51,468 bases of DNA from Escherichia phage phiE31-2: the sequence record PP988008.1. The stretch is one strand, 5' to 3'. This document shows, piece by piece, positions 36,407 to 44,940 of the stretch (position 1 is its first letter; each line of letters begins with the position of its first letter). The notes under the pieces are model-generated. The model did not search any database and had not been told where the DNA came from. It was given only the letters and a program-made list of their open reading frames with translations. A program made the position numbers and the translations under genes.

Positions 36407-36449
36407 TAGCACTTTTTGTTAAAACTTCCGCGAGGGCATTTGTTAAAGT
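36407..36449 (+). promoter_or_regulatory. conserved-motif promoter-like element
   Basis: TAGCACTTTTTGTTAAAAC - 18 nt - TAAAGT. Confidence 0.45.
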
Positions 36450-36481
36450 GTCCTCATTGAAGCGAAACAGAGGAAATAAAA

Positions 36482-36694
36482 ATGAAAATTCGAATCACCA
36501 GGGTTGACATTGACCGCAACGACGGAAGCATTACCCTTGAGCAATGCGGGTTCAAAGTTGGTGACATTGTAGAGGTTGACGGATTCTTTCGCGATGGTTC
36601 TTACTGTGTGTTAGCAATCCGCAACACAGAAGAAATTCGAATCGGTGATAACATCGGCGTAAACCATGACGAATGCGAGGTAGTAGAAGAATGA
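36482..36694 (+). CDS. hypothetical protein
   Basis: 70 aa with AGAGGAAA RBS downstream of promoter-like motif. Confidence 0.5.
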   Translation: MKIRITRVDIDRNDGSITLEQCGFKVGDIVEVDGFFRDGSYCVLAIRNTEEIRIGDNIGVNHDECEVVEE

Positions 36695-36954
36695 TCACGA
36701 TTAACCTTTCAGAAGAACAAGCGCGCATTATGTTAGCGGCTTTTGGTTGGCGGGATGATGACGGTATTCAGGCAACGGTTAAAATTCCTGAGACAGTAGC
36801 GCGTGAAGTTTTTAGCCAGTTGGAGCGCGCATTTGTTCCTGTTGGCACTGATCAGGCAGAAACAGCAGCCTGGTTTGGTGAGAACGGATACCGCGATCAG
36901 CAGATTGAAGACTGGAAGCGCAAAAACGAGACTGCGGAGGATTCAGGATTATGA
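36691..36954 (+). CDS. hypothetical protein
   Basis: 87 aa; ATGA overlap with upstream gene. Confidence 0.5.
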   Translation: MITINLSEEQARIMLAAFGWRDDDGIQATVKIPETVAREVFSQLERAFVPVGTDQAETAAWFGENGYRDQQIEDWKRKNETAEDSGL

Positions 36955-37265
36955 TTTACATTCACTACTACCAGATCGGGACAAACGAGAACAAGAAAGA
37001 GCATCGTTTCATTCATGATGATTTTGACAAGGCAAAAGCCCAGCAACAGGTTTTAGGCGGTGTTATTCAGGCTTTTGAGCCAGTGGAAGACATAGAGCAC
37101 CGAGAGCATTTGAAAGAGATTGTTGTTGATGAAATTTCATCACTAATCGACGACATGACAAATCACGGGCCTGGTTCTCCGTGGGAAGAAGCCGGATCGA
37201 CGGAGTGGGATTGCGCTAAGGTTGCAACGCTTAACAACTTTCGTGAGTTGCTCGACGATTTTTAA
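36951..37265 (+). CDS. hypothetical protein
   Basis: 104 aa; ATGA overlap. Confidence 0.5.
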   Translation: MIYIHYYQIGTNENKKEHRFIHDDFDKAKAQQQVLGGVIQAFEPVEDIEHREHLKEIVVDEISSLIDDMTNHGPGSPWEEAGSTEWDCAKVATLNNFRELLDDF

Positions 37266-37336
37266 TTAAAATTGAATGCCTTATACAGCGAACAGGACGC
37301 ATTTTGACGAGGCATTTTTTTAGGTAAGGTGATTCA

Positions 37337-37465
37337 ATGGATAGCTACATAAAACCGTCGCAATGGTGCGCACAGAAGCAAGAGGAAGCATTAGAGCGCG
37401 GCGATACTGAAACAGCAATGCACTATTTCGAAATGTACAACTTGTGGAAGGGTAGAGGTCTGTAA
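37337..37465 (+). CDS. hypothetical small protein
   Basis: 42-aa ORF with AAGGTGA RBS; stop overlaps next ATG (TAATG). Confidence 0.35.
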   Translation: MDSYIKPSQWCAQKQEEALERGDTETAMHYFEMYNLWKGRGL

Positions 37466-37695
37466 TGTTTGGAATGAATGAGGCGCAATTCAACGCTGCA
37501 AAACGCCAGGCTAAGAAGTGCGGCGAGGCAATGAAGGCGGATGTTGAAAAGCGCGGGAAGTATGTTGATGAAGTTATGAAGGGCATTATTGCCGAACATT
37601 ATCAGCCAGTTGCGCCAATGCTGACAATTACCCAATTCATCTGGTTGTGTGGTTATCTTCGTGGGAGATGGGGAAACGCATTTGACCGCGAATGA
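37465..37695 (+). CDS. hypothetical protein
   Basis: 76 aa ORF. Confidence 0.5.
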   Translation: MFGMNEAQFNAAKRQAKKCGEAMKADVEKRGKYVDEVMKGIIAEHYQPVAPMLTITQFIWLCGYLRGRWGNAFDRE

Positions 37696-37724
37696 TTGAC
37701 AACGATTTCCTGATTGGTTAGCAT
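37696..37724 (+). promoter_or_regulatory. sigma70-like promoter
   Basis: TTGACA - 17 nt - TAGCAT; followed ~60 nt later by hairpin and T-run. Confidence 0.45.
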
Positions 37725-37787
37725 ATTCAACGTTTACATAAGAGCGGCATTAGTGCCGAACGGGTGGCGCGGTTGCCACGCAACAAC

Positions 37788-37830
37788 GGCGATATGCAGG
37801 TTTTTACCGTAAGACGTATCGCCTTTTTTA
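37788..37830 (+). terminator. hairpin plus T-run immediately upstream of gene 37842
   Basis: GGCGATA...TATCGCC stem followed by TTTTTTAT. Confidence 0.45.
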
Positions 37831-37841
37831 TAGGTGAATAT

Positions 37842-38075
37842 ATGGAAAAGTACAAATTAACTTTCATGTTTAATAGCATGGTGATGAATCCCTTAAATGG
37901 TTACGCTTGCAATAGCTTTTCTGTTACCGTTAATGAGGATGAAATTGATGATGATGGCAAATTCATTCGAATTGGTGAATACTTGTACCCCGTGCACAAT
38001 ATCAATTGCATCAAACGCGAGATCGTAAAAGATGAAGTACAAGGTAAGGTTGACGATCAGGCGAATGGGGCGTAA
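37842..38075 (+). CDS. hypothetical protein
   Basis: 77 aa from ATG with AGGTGA RBS, after a promoter-hairpin-terminator leader. Confidence 0.5.
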   Translation: MEKYKLTFMFNSMVMNPLNGYACNSFSVTVNEDEIDDDGKFIRIGEYLYPVHNINCIKREIVKDEVQGKVDDQANGA

Positions 38076-38213
38076 TTGCTCGTCATGTAGACAAAGTTTT
38101 GAATGTGAGGTTGAAGCGTGCGGAGAGCTTGAGGCGGCAGCAATAGCAAAAGAGTTGTCCGGCGCTAATCAAGACACTCACCAGTTTTCAATAGATCTTG
38201 TAAGGAAAATGTC

Positions 38214-38453
38214 ATGAGTTCTGTAATTATTGGTTTGGTTGCTTTAATCATTGGTGTTCTAATCGGCTTTGTTGCTGTATCTTTCGTGGTGGCTGTTGGT
38301 GTTCGCTATAAGTCAAAAAAAGGTGAATTTGCTTTAGCGTTTTGGGATGAAGATCAGAAAGTTTGGCAGGTTCGCGGTCACTACTTATCAATCGGTGGCA
38401 GGATTCACAGCACTATGAAGACAAATCCAGAAAAAGTAAAATACAAGTATTGA
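38214..38453 (+). CDS. small membrane protein
   Basis: 79 aa with N-terminal TM helix (VIIGLVALIIGVLIGFVAVSFVVAV). Confidence 0.5.
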   Translation: MSSVIIGLVALIIGVLIGFVAVSFVVAVGVRYKSKKGEFALAFWDEDQKVWQVRGHYLSIGGRIHSTMKTNPEKVKYKY

Positions 38454-38460
38454 ACAACTA

Positions 38461-38483
38461 CCCGCCAAATGGCGGGTTTTTTA
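38461..38483 (+). terminator. rho-independent terminator at end of rightward early region
   Basis: CCCGCC-AAAT-GGCGGG then TTTTTT; a perfect TATAAT lies ~15 nt downstream. Confidence 0.65.
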
Positions 38484-38533
38484 TTGCCTGCAATTTGTCT
38501 ATAATGATGCTTTGTTATAAAGGAGGGCGCATT

Positions 38534-39055
38534 ATGGCTAAAAACGTTGAGCCAGCAGTAAAGGCTTGCAATTTTAAAAAACTATATAATAAGCAATATG
38601 GCGATATAGCAAAAATGACAAAGGCGCACAAGTACACGCCGGAGCAGGTATTTGATCTGGCTGTTCGTTACTTTACGTGGGCTGAGGAAAACCATATACA
38701 GGCTGCGGAAACGGCATCCTTTCAGGGTGACGTATACGAAAGCAAGATTCACAAGCCGCGCGTGTTCACCTTAAACGGATTCCGATTATTCGCTGGCCTT
38801 TCTGCTTCCGTGCTTGAAAAATGGCGACGTGAGCCAGGATTCAGCGAGGTTATGGACTTTATCGACGGCGTTGTTTACGAGCAAAAATTCCAGCTTGCCG
38901 CAAACAATATTGTTAACGCCGGATTCATTGGTAAGGAGATCGGCATTGAAAAGCCAGCCACCGTTACCATTGAGAATAACACAAGCGCCAGCGTTGACGC
39001 TGTAACGGCGGAGGAAGTCAAAGAGGCGGTAATTGACATTCTGGAGAAGATATAA
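38534..39055 (+). CDS. terminase small subunit
   Basis: 173 aa from ATG with AAAGGAGGG RBS immediately upstream of and overlapping (TAATG) the large terminase gene. Confidence 0.6.
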   Translation: MAKNVEPAVKACNFKKLYNKQYGDIAKMTKAHKYTPEQVFDLAVRYFTWAEENHIQAAETASFQGDVYESKIHKPRVFTLNGFRLFAGLSASVLEKWRREPGFSEVMDFIDGVVYEQKFQLAANNIVNAGFIGKEIGIEKPATVTIENNTSASVDAVTAEEVKEAVIDILEKI

Positions 39056-40623
39056 TGCTTATTTGGGAAGACTTAACAGCGGCGCAAAAACGCGCCGTTA
39101 AGGAAATGAGCGAATATTCATTCGAAAAGATGATCCGCATTTGGTTTCAACTTCTCCAGGGGCAAAGGTTCTTAGGAAACTGGCATTTCAGTTACCTATG
39201 CAGCGAAGTTGAAAAAATAATCAAAGGCGAGTCACAGAACGTAATTTTCAACATAACGCCAGGCAGTGGTAAAACAGAGATATTCTCGATCCACATGTCA
39301 CCTTATGCGTCATTGAAAAGTAAGAAGGTGAGAAATCTTAATTTGTCGTTTAGTGATGGCCTTGTCCAGCAGAATAGCAACCGCATCAAAGAGATTATTG
39401 GTTCTCCAGAATGGCAGGAGCTATGGCCTGGAAAGTTGGCAAAGGCGAGCGCAAAGGATCTGATTGTAACCGATGGCGGCAAGGTTAAATTGCAAGTTAA
39501 CTCGCGTTCTATCGGTGGTCAGGTTACTGGTCTGCGTGGCGGCTACATGGACGATGGATTTACTGGTATGCTGGTTCTTGACGATCCAGACAAGCCGGAT
39601 GATATGCTTTCTAAGGTGAAGCGCGAAGCCGGACACATGCGCCTAAAGAACACGGTGCGATCGCGTCGAATGAAGGACACCACGCCAATTGTGATGGTTC
39701 AGCAACGTCTACACGTCAATGATTCAACATGGTTCATGACAAACGGCGGCATGGGCGGCATCCAGTTTAAGGTGGTTAGTATTCCGGCGCTCGTTACTAA
39801 GGAATATCGCGAAACGCTTCCTGACTGGTTAAAGCCTGAGTTTGATCGCGATGTTTTGTCCAGTAAGCCAGTGATGATTGATGGTGTTGCCCATTATTCG
39901 TTCTGGCCTGCTAAGGAAAGCGCGGAGGAATTACTTGCACTTCGAAATGCTGATCCGTACACGTTCGCTAGTCAGTATCAGCAACAGCCTGTTGCGCTTG
40001 GCGGTAACGTGTTTAAAACAGAGTGGTTCCAGTATTACGGCAGCAGCGAGAAATGCACGCTACCAAAACCGGATCGCTTTGAATATACATTTATCACGGT
40101 TGATACCGCGCAGAAAACAGGTGAGCTTAACGACTACTCCGTGATCTGTTATTGGGGGATGTATAAAGATCGTGTCTACTTCATTGATGGCGTTCGCGGA
40201 AAATGGGAAGCACCGGACCTTGAGACGAATTTTGTTGCATTCGTTAATCAGTGCTGGAAGCGCAATAAAGAATGCGGAACGTTGAGAAGGATTCATGTTG
40301 AAGATAAATCGTCTGGCACTGGTTTGATTCAGAGTGCAGCGAAAAGAATCATGATCAAGATCAATCCCGTTCAGCGCGATAAAGATAAGGTTACGCGAGC
40401 AATGGACGCAGCGCCAGTAATGCGCGCCGGACGCGTAGCACTTCCAGAATCACATCCTATGCTGGCTGAGATACTTGCAGAGGTTGCGGCTTTTGCTTAT
40501 GATGATTCAGCGCCACACGATGATATTGTTGATAACATCATTGATGCGGTTAACATTGAAATGAACATGGCAGATGATCCGGTTGGAAGAATGAAAAAAT
40601 TGGCAGGTTTGCGGAACAAATAG
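39055..40623 (+). CDS. terminase large subunit
   Basis: 522 aa; Walker A-like NITPGSGKTE; C-terminal RNaseH-like nuclease acidic motifs (VDTAQ..., DDSAPHDDIVD). Confidence 0.85.
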   Translation: MLIWEDLTAAQKRAVKEMSEYSFEKMIRIWFQLLQGQRFLGNWHFSYLCSEVEKIIKGESQNVIFNITPGSGKTEIFSIHMSPYASLKSKKVRNLNLSFSDGLVQQNSNRIKEIIGSPEWQELWPGKLAKASAKDLIVTDGGKVKLQVNSRSIGGQVTGLRGGYMDDGFTGMLVLDDPDKPDDMLSKVKREAGHMRLKNTVRSRRMKDTTPIVMVQQRLHVNDSTWFMTNGGMGGIQFKVVSIPALVTKEYRETLPDWLKPEFDRDVLSSKPVMIDGVAHYSFWPAKESAEELLALRNADPYTFASQYQQQPVALGGNVFKTEWFQYYGSSEKCTLPKPDRFEYTFITVDTAQKTGELNDYSVICYWGMYKDRVYFIDGVRGKWEAPDLETNFVAFVNQCWKRNKECGTLRRIHVEDKSSGTGLIQSAAKRIMIKINPVQRDKDKVTRAMDAAPVMRAGRVALPESHPMLAEILAEVAAFAYDDSAPHDDIVDNIIDAVNIEMNMADDPVGRMKKLAGLRNK

Positions 40624-40653
40624 CACGAATCGACAAACCAATATATAATCAAA

Positions 40654-40677
40654 GGCTGGAAAATCCAGCCTTTTTTA
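40654..40677 (+). terminator. terminator-like hairpin between terminase and portal
   Basis: GGCTGGA-AAA-TCCAGCC then TTTTTT. Confidence 0.55.
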
Positions 40678-40691
40678 TTGGAGGAAAGATA

Positions 40692-41972
40692 ATGAGTAAA
40701 TCACGAATCGTTAAGGCTGACGGCTACAACGAGATCTTTAAAGGCGAGAATTGCAACTCGCGAGTAGAGCAACCATTCTACATGCAATCAATGCCATACA
40801 AGACGCTTGCTGACTTTTACGAAAAAGATGGCCTGGCAAAAAGGGTTATTGACGTAGTACCAGAGGAAATGGTTTCCCCTGGCTTCACGGTTGACGGAGT
40901 GGCAGACGAGGCGGCATTCCGTTCTTTATGGGATGAGAAACGACTCAATGCAAAAATCATTGACGCTCTTTGTTGGTCGCGTTTGTTTGGCGGATCTGCA
41001 ATCATTGCTCTTGTTCAGGATGGGCGAGCGCTCAAATCACCTGTAAAGCCTGGGGCCATGCTGGAAGATGTGCGAGTTTATGATCGTTATCAGATTCGCG
41101 TTGAAGCGCGAGAAACTAATCCCCGCAAGGTTCGCTATGGTGAGCCAGTGCTTTACACTGTAACTCCAGGCGGAGATTTGCCGGAATACCAGGTACACTA
41201 CACGCGCGTTTGCATTATCGACGGTGAGCGGATACCTAACGCAAAGCGACGCAGCAATGATGGCTGGGGTGAGTCAGTTCTTAACAAGCGACTTGTTGAG
41301 GCTATTGTTGATTATAACTATTGTGAAACATTGGCAACGCAATTATTGCGGCGGAAGCAACAGGCTGTATGGAAGGCTAAAGGACTCGCTGACTTGTGCG
41401 ATGATGAGGAAGGTGTTAGCGCGGCACGCCTGAGACTTGCGCAGGTTGACGACGAGGGCGGTGTTGGAAAAACAATTGGTATTGATACTGAGGATGAGGA
41501 ATATGATGTTCTTAATTCTGACATCAGCGGCGTTGATTCTTTCTTGGAAAAGAAAATGGATCGCATCGTTTCCCTTTCAGGTATTCATGAAATCATCCTG
41601 AAAAATAAAAACGTTGGCGGCGTTAGCGCAAGCCAAAACACGGCGCTTGAAACATTCTATAAACTTATTGAGCGAAAACGCGTCGAGGATTACAAGCCTA
41701 TCCTTGAATTTCTATTGCCGTTCATCATTAGTGAGCAGGAGTGGAGCATTGAGTTTTCACCTTTGAGTGTGCCTAGCGATAAAGATCAGGCTGAAATTCT
41801 GAATAAGAATATCGACTCAATCAGCAAGGCTATTGATGGTCAGTTCCTTGATGTTGAAGAAGCGCGAGACACATTGCGAGCAATTGCCCCAAGCGTTAAA
41901 CTAAAGGACACTAATAAAATCAAGCTGCCGGAGCCAACTGAGCCGGAGCCAGGCACACAGGGGAATGAGTAA
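40692..41972 (+). CDS. portal protein
   Basis: 426 aa with GGAGG RBS directly after terminase; acidic C-terminus. Confidence 0.75.
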   Translation: MSKSRIVKADGYNEIFKGENCNSRVEQPFYMQSMPYKTLADFYEKDGLAKRVIDVVPEEMVSPGFTVDGVADEAAFRSLWDEKRLNAKIIDALCWSRLFGGSAIIALVQDGRALKSPVKPGAMLEDVRVYDRYQIRVEARETNPRKVRYGEPVLYTVTPGGDLPEYQVHYTRVCIIDGERIPNAKRRSNDGWGESVLNKRLVEAIVDYNYCETLATQLLRRKQQAVWKAKGLADLCDDEEGVSAARLRLAQVDDEGGVGKTIGIDTEDEEYDVLNSDISGVDSFLEKKMDRIVSLSGIHEIILKNKNVGGVSASQNTALETFYKLIERKRVEDYKPILEFLLPFIISEQEWSIEFSPLSVPSDKDQAEILNKNIDSISKAIDGQFLDVEEARDTLRAIAPSVKLKDTNKIKLPEPTEPEPGTQGNE

Positions 41973-42736
41973 TGAAAGTGAAAGGCGTTGTTAAACAATG
42001 GCGCTTTCCTGAAGCAAGCGAGCGGCAATTTAGCCGCTCAATTCAGGAGGCAATTAGGGATCTGGTAGTCATCATGCGCAAGCGAACAAAAGCGATGAAG
42101 TTTGACGCAACAGATAATGAGATCAACAGCGCAGAAGATGAAATTAACAACCTGGCAACTTACCTTATAGCTGGCATTGTTTCAACTCTTCCCGCAATCG
42201 CGTTGACCATTTATAAATTCAATGCGAAGCAGTTTATCAATGTTGCCAAGTCAACTGGCGGAAAGGATAATACGGCGGTAATTGTTTTGATCGCGGTTGG
42301 CGCTAACGCTAACGAGGATTGGTATCAGACGCTCTACGGTCAATGGCACGGGCTTACAGAATCATCGCTAAGGAAGTTATTCACAAACATTGTTTCTGAT
42401 TGGTCAACAAACATTCGCAATGCAAACTTTCGCGGAAGCAATGATAAACAGGTTAATGATCTTGCAGAAAAGAGATTTGCTGTTTATAGCTCTTGGGGTA
42501 AAACGAGATCAGAAAACATTATCGGCGCGTGGAATAGTCGCCTGATGCGCCAGCGCCTTTATGATGCTAAGGTGACTCATTATTTCTGGCATGGAATGTT
42601 AGATGATAGAGAGCGCTTGCAGCATGTGTTATGGGAAGGTAAAAGAATAGCGCTTGATGCAATTCATGATTTCCCTGGTGAGCCGTGGGGTTGCCGTTGC
42701 TGGGCGATTCCAGATTGGAATAATAAAGGAGAGTAA
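41972..42736 (+). CDS. minor head / head morphogenesis protein (Mu F-like)
   Basis: 254 aa; TAATG overlap with portal; position typical of F-like head protein. Confidence 0.6.
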   Translation: MKVKGVVKQWRFPEASERQFSRSIQEAIRDLVVIMRKRTKAMKFDATDNEINSAEDEINNLATYLIAGIVSTLPAIALTIYKFNAKQFINVAKSTGGKDNTAVIVLIAVGANANEDWYQTLYGQWHGLTESSLRKLFTNIVSDWSTNIRNANFRGSNDKQVNDLAEKRFAVYSSWGKTRSENIIGAWNSRLMRQRLYDAKVTHYFWHGMLDDRERLQHVLWEGKRIALDAIHDFPGEPWGCRCWAIPDWNNKGE

Positions 42737-42739
42737 TTA

Positions 42740-43852
42740 ATGAAGGCAAAGCAAAGATTTGATAGCGTCCAGGTTAAGGCGCATTTTGATGATAATGGCT
42801 TTTTAGTGGATCGCCCAATTGTGGCGCGAATTGGTTTGCAGGAGTACCGCACACCGTATGGAATCAGACGAGAGTTCCGACCAGCGTCAGAGGTGTTTAA
42901 GGCTGATTCGCTTGCTACGTTCGCAGGCAAGCCGATCACTATCGGTCACGTCACGGTAACGCCAGACAATGCGGATCAGGTTGTTGTTGGTTCATGCGCT
43001 GGCGCTGGTGTTCCAAATGGGATTGGCGTTGAAGTTCCGTTAAGCATTTATTCAAAGCGAGCAATTGAGAGCGCAAAAAAGAAAGACACGGCGGAAATTT
43101 CAGTTGGTTACACATCGGTTGATATTGACAAGCCAGGCTGGGGTAATAATAAAACAGGTGATTACTTGTTTGAGGAAGACCTAAAGGAAGACTGGAATCC
43201 TGATTCTCCTGATTGGGTTAAATTTGACGCCATTCAGACGAATATCCGTGTTAATCACATTGCACTTGTCTTTCGTGGTCGTGCTGGCATTGCCAAATTA
43301 AATCTTGATAGTGAACAGGATTTTCCGTATAGTGACGAGGTTCTAAATGACAAAGGAGATGAGGAAATGACAGTAAAAATTAAACTTGATGGCGCGGTAG
43401 AATTTGATGTTCCAAAGGCCGTTGCTGATCATATTGAGGCGTTAAAGGCAGATGCAAAAGCTGCAACCGAAAAAGCTGATGGCCTTGAGGCTGAGCGCGA
43501 CGCCCTGAAAAATAAAGTCGATGGCATTCCGGCGCAGATTGCAGAAGCTGTTAAGAAGGCAAAGACTGACGCAGAAGAACACGCCAAGCTGGTTGCAGAT
43601 GCAACTGAAATTGGCATCAAGTGTGACGGCTTGGACGCTAAAGCGATCAAGGTTGCTTACGTCAAAGAAGTCACTGGCGCTGATATTTCAGAAAAAGCCG
43701 ATGCATATATTGAAACAGCTTTTGACCTTGCGAAGCAGTCTGATAAAATGGCGGCGCAGCGTAAATCTGTCAAGGGCGATTCTTTCGAGTCTGGCAAGAG
43801 TGAAAAAACCGACTCCCTTGATCCGACTGCGCGTTTGAAAAAACTTAAATAA
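42740..43852 (+). CDS. head scaffolding protein (possibly fused to prohead protease-like N-domain)
   Basis: 370 aa; C-terminal half Ala/Lys/Glu-rich coiled coil; position before capsid genes. Confidence 0.55.
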   Translation: MKAKQRFDSVQVKAHFDDNGFLVDRPIVARIGLQEYRTPYGIRREFRPASEVFKADSLATFAGKPITIGHVTVTPDNADQVVVGSCAGAGVPNGIGVEVPLSIYSKRAIESAKKKDTAEISVGYTSVDIDKPGWGNNKTGDYLFEEDLKEDWNPDSPDWVKFDAIQTNIRVNHIALVFRGRAGIAKLNLDSEQDFPYSDEVLNDKGDEEMTVKIKLDGAVEFDVPKAVADHIEALKADAKAATEKADGLEAERDALKNKVDGIPAQIAEAVKKAKTDAEEHAKLVADATEIGIKCDGLDAKAIKVAYVKEVTGADISEKADAYIETAFDLAKQSDKMAAQRKSVKGDSFESGKSEKTDSLDPTARLKKLK

Positions 43853-43864
43853 GGAGAAATAAAC

Positions 43865-44377
43865 ATGGCTACAATTGGAGCAAGTTATTTTGCTGTAATG
43901 TCTCGTGCGTTACCTGGTCAGGTTTCTGACACTTCAGCTTATAATATTGATGGCGCTTGTGTTCTTGAGAATGCGGCAGGAAATCAGAATCAGTCTGTTT
44001 TTGTTGGTGTGGCGGTCCAGCATGGCGGCGTTGATGCGATGGGTAATAAACTGATCAAGCCTATGGCGGCAAGCGGCAAGGCTTACGGTGTTGCAATTCG
44101 ATCCCACTTCCAGACTACTTCGGCTGACGGTCGAATGATTTATGAATCTGGCGGCGGAATCAACGTAATGACTGAAGGGCGTGTTTGGATGTTGGCTAAA
44201 GACGCATCCGCGCCAGCGTTCGGCACTACAATCAAACTGTCTGATGATGGTCAGGTTGATACCGGGTCTGGTACTATCGAAACCAACTGGATCGCGACTG
44301 GTGATTTCACCAAATTTCAAGACTTGAAGCTGGTAGAGGTTCAGGTGCAAAAAGTTCCGGCAGTTTCAGCAGGTTAA
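43865..44377 (+). CDS. hypothetical head-associated protein (paralog A)
   Basis: 170 aa with AAGGAGA RBS; shares VGVA...GRVWML...DG...W motifs with next gene. Confidence 0.5.
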   Translation: MATIGASYFAVMSRALPGQVSDTSAYNIDGACVLENAAGNQNQSVFVGVAVQHGGVDAMGNKLIKPMAASGKAYGVAIRSHFQTTSADGRMIYESGGGINVMTEGRVWMLAKDASAPAFGTTIKLSDDGQVDTGSGTIETNWIATGDFTKFQDLKLVEVQVQKVPAVSAG

Positions 44378-44384
44378 TAAATAT

Positions 44385-44407
44385 GGCGCTCACTGAGCGC
44401 CTTTTTT
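44385..44407 (+). terminator. terminator-like hairpin within head gene cluster
   Basis: GGCGCTC-ACT-GAGCGCC then TTTTTT. Confidence 0.55.
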
Positions 44408-44422
44408 ATATTTGGGGTTATC

Positions 44423-44857
44423 ATGAGTGATTATTCAGTAATTGTTGGCGCTGAGTCGCCAGGGTGCATGGTCGATTCTTCAATAATGGTGATTAACGGC
44501 TCTTTCGTGTGCGGAGATGAATTTATTGCGCCAGGTAAGATTGTGCGACTATCACATATAACAAATGGATACAAAATGGCAAGTGTTAATGGGGATCTCG
44601 TTATTGGCGTGGCAGTAAGACCGCCGGACTCGTGCATATATGAGGAGGGTGATCCCGTTAATGTGGTTAGTAGAGGTAGTGTGTGGTGCTTAACTTCTGA
44701 GAGCGAAGCGCCAGAATATGGAGATAAAGTATTTGTAACGCAAGATGGAGATGCGGCATACAGTGAAGGCGACTTGCTGATTGGTTGGAGCTTTACTGGC
44801 GAGCATGTAAAGTTTGATCATGATTCATATATTGTCGGGGTAAGCATTATCGCATAA
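44423..44857 (+). CDS. hypothetical head-associated protein (paralog B)
   Basis: 144 aa; similar motif pattern to 43865..44377. Confidence 0.5.
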   Translation: MSDYSVIVGAESPGCMVDSSIMVINGSFVCGDEFIAPGKIVRLSHITNGYKMASVNGDLVIGVAVRPPDSCIYEEGDPVNVVSRGSVWCLTSESEAPEYGDKVFVTQDGDAAYSEGDLLIGWSFTGEHVKFDHDSYIVGVSIIA

Positions 44858-44874
44858 CACAAAATTATGTTGCA

Positions 44875-44893
44875 CGTTTAACAAAAAATGCTA
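44875..44893 (+). promoter_or_regulatory. inverted copy of conserved motif upstream of major capsid gene
   Basis: CGTTTAACAAAAAATGCTA (reverse complement of motif) about 45 nt upstream of ATG; overlaps a TTGCAC-16-TATCAT promoter-like pair. Confidence 0.4.
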
Positions 44894-44940
44894 TCATTGG
44901 GGCGTTACATACTAACGGCCTTTATATATGGAGGAAGAAA

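Noticed and set aside
7935-36425. The conserved motif read as a sigma54 promoter (TGGCAC ... TTGC)
   Set aside because: The GC of the TTGC element falls 2 nt closer to the GG/AG element than in the strict sigma54 -24/-12 spacing, and a conserved TATAAT-like hexamer 18 nt downstream fits a sigma70-type -10 better
37740-37830. tRNA or tmRNA-like gene in the structured interval
   Set aside because: No cloverleaf-compatible arms and no T-loop GTTCRANYC or D-loop signatures
40621-40648. TAGCACGAATCGACAAACC as a further copy of the early motif
   Set aside because: Shares only TAGCAC and AAAC with the consensus, and the TATAAT lies 4 nt rather than 18 nt downstream
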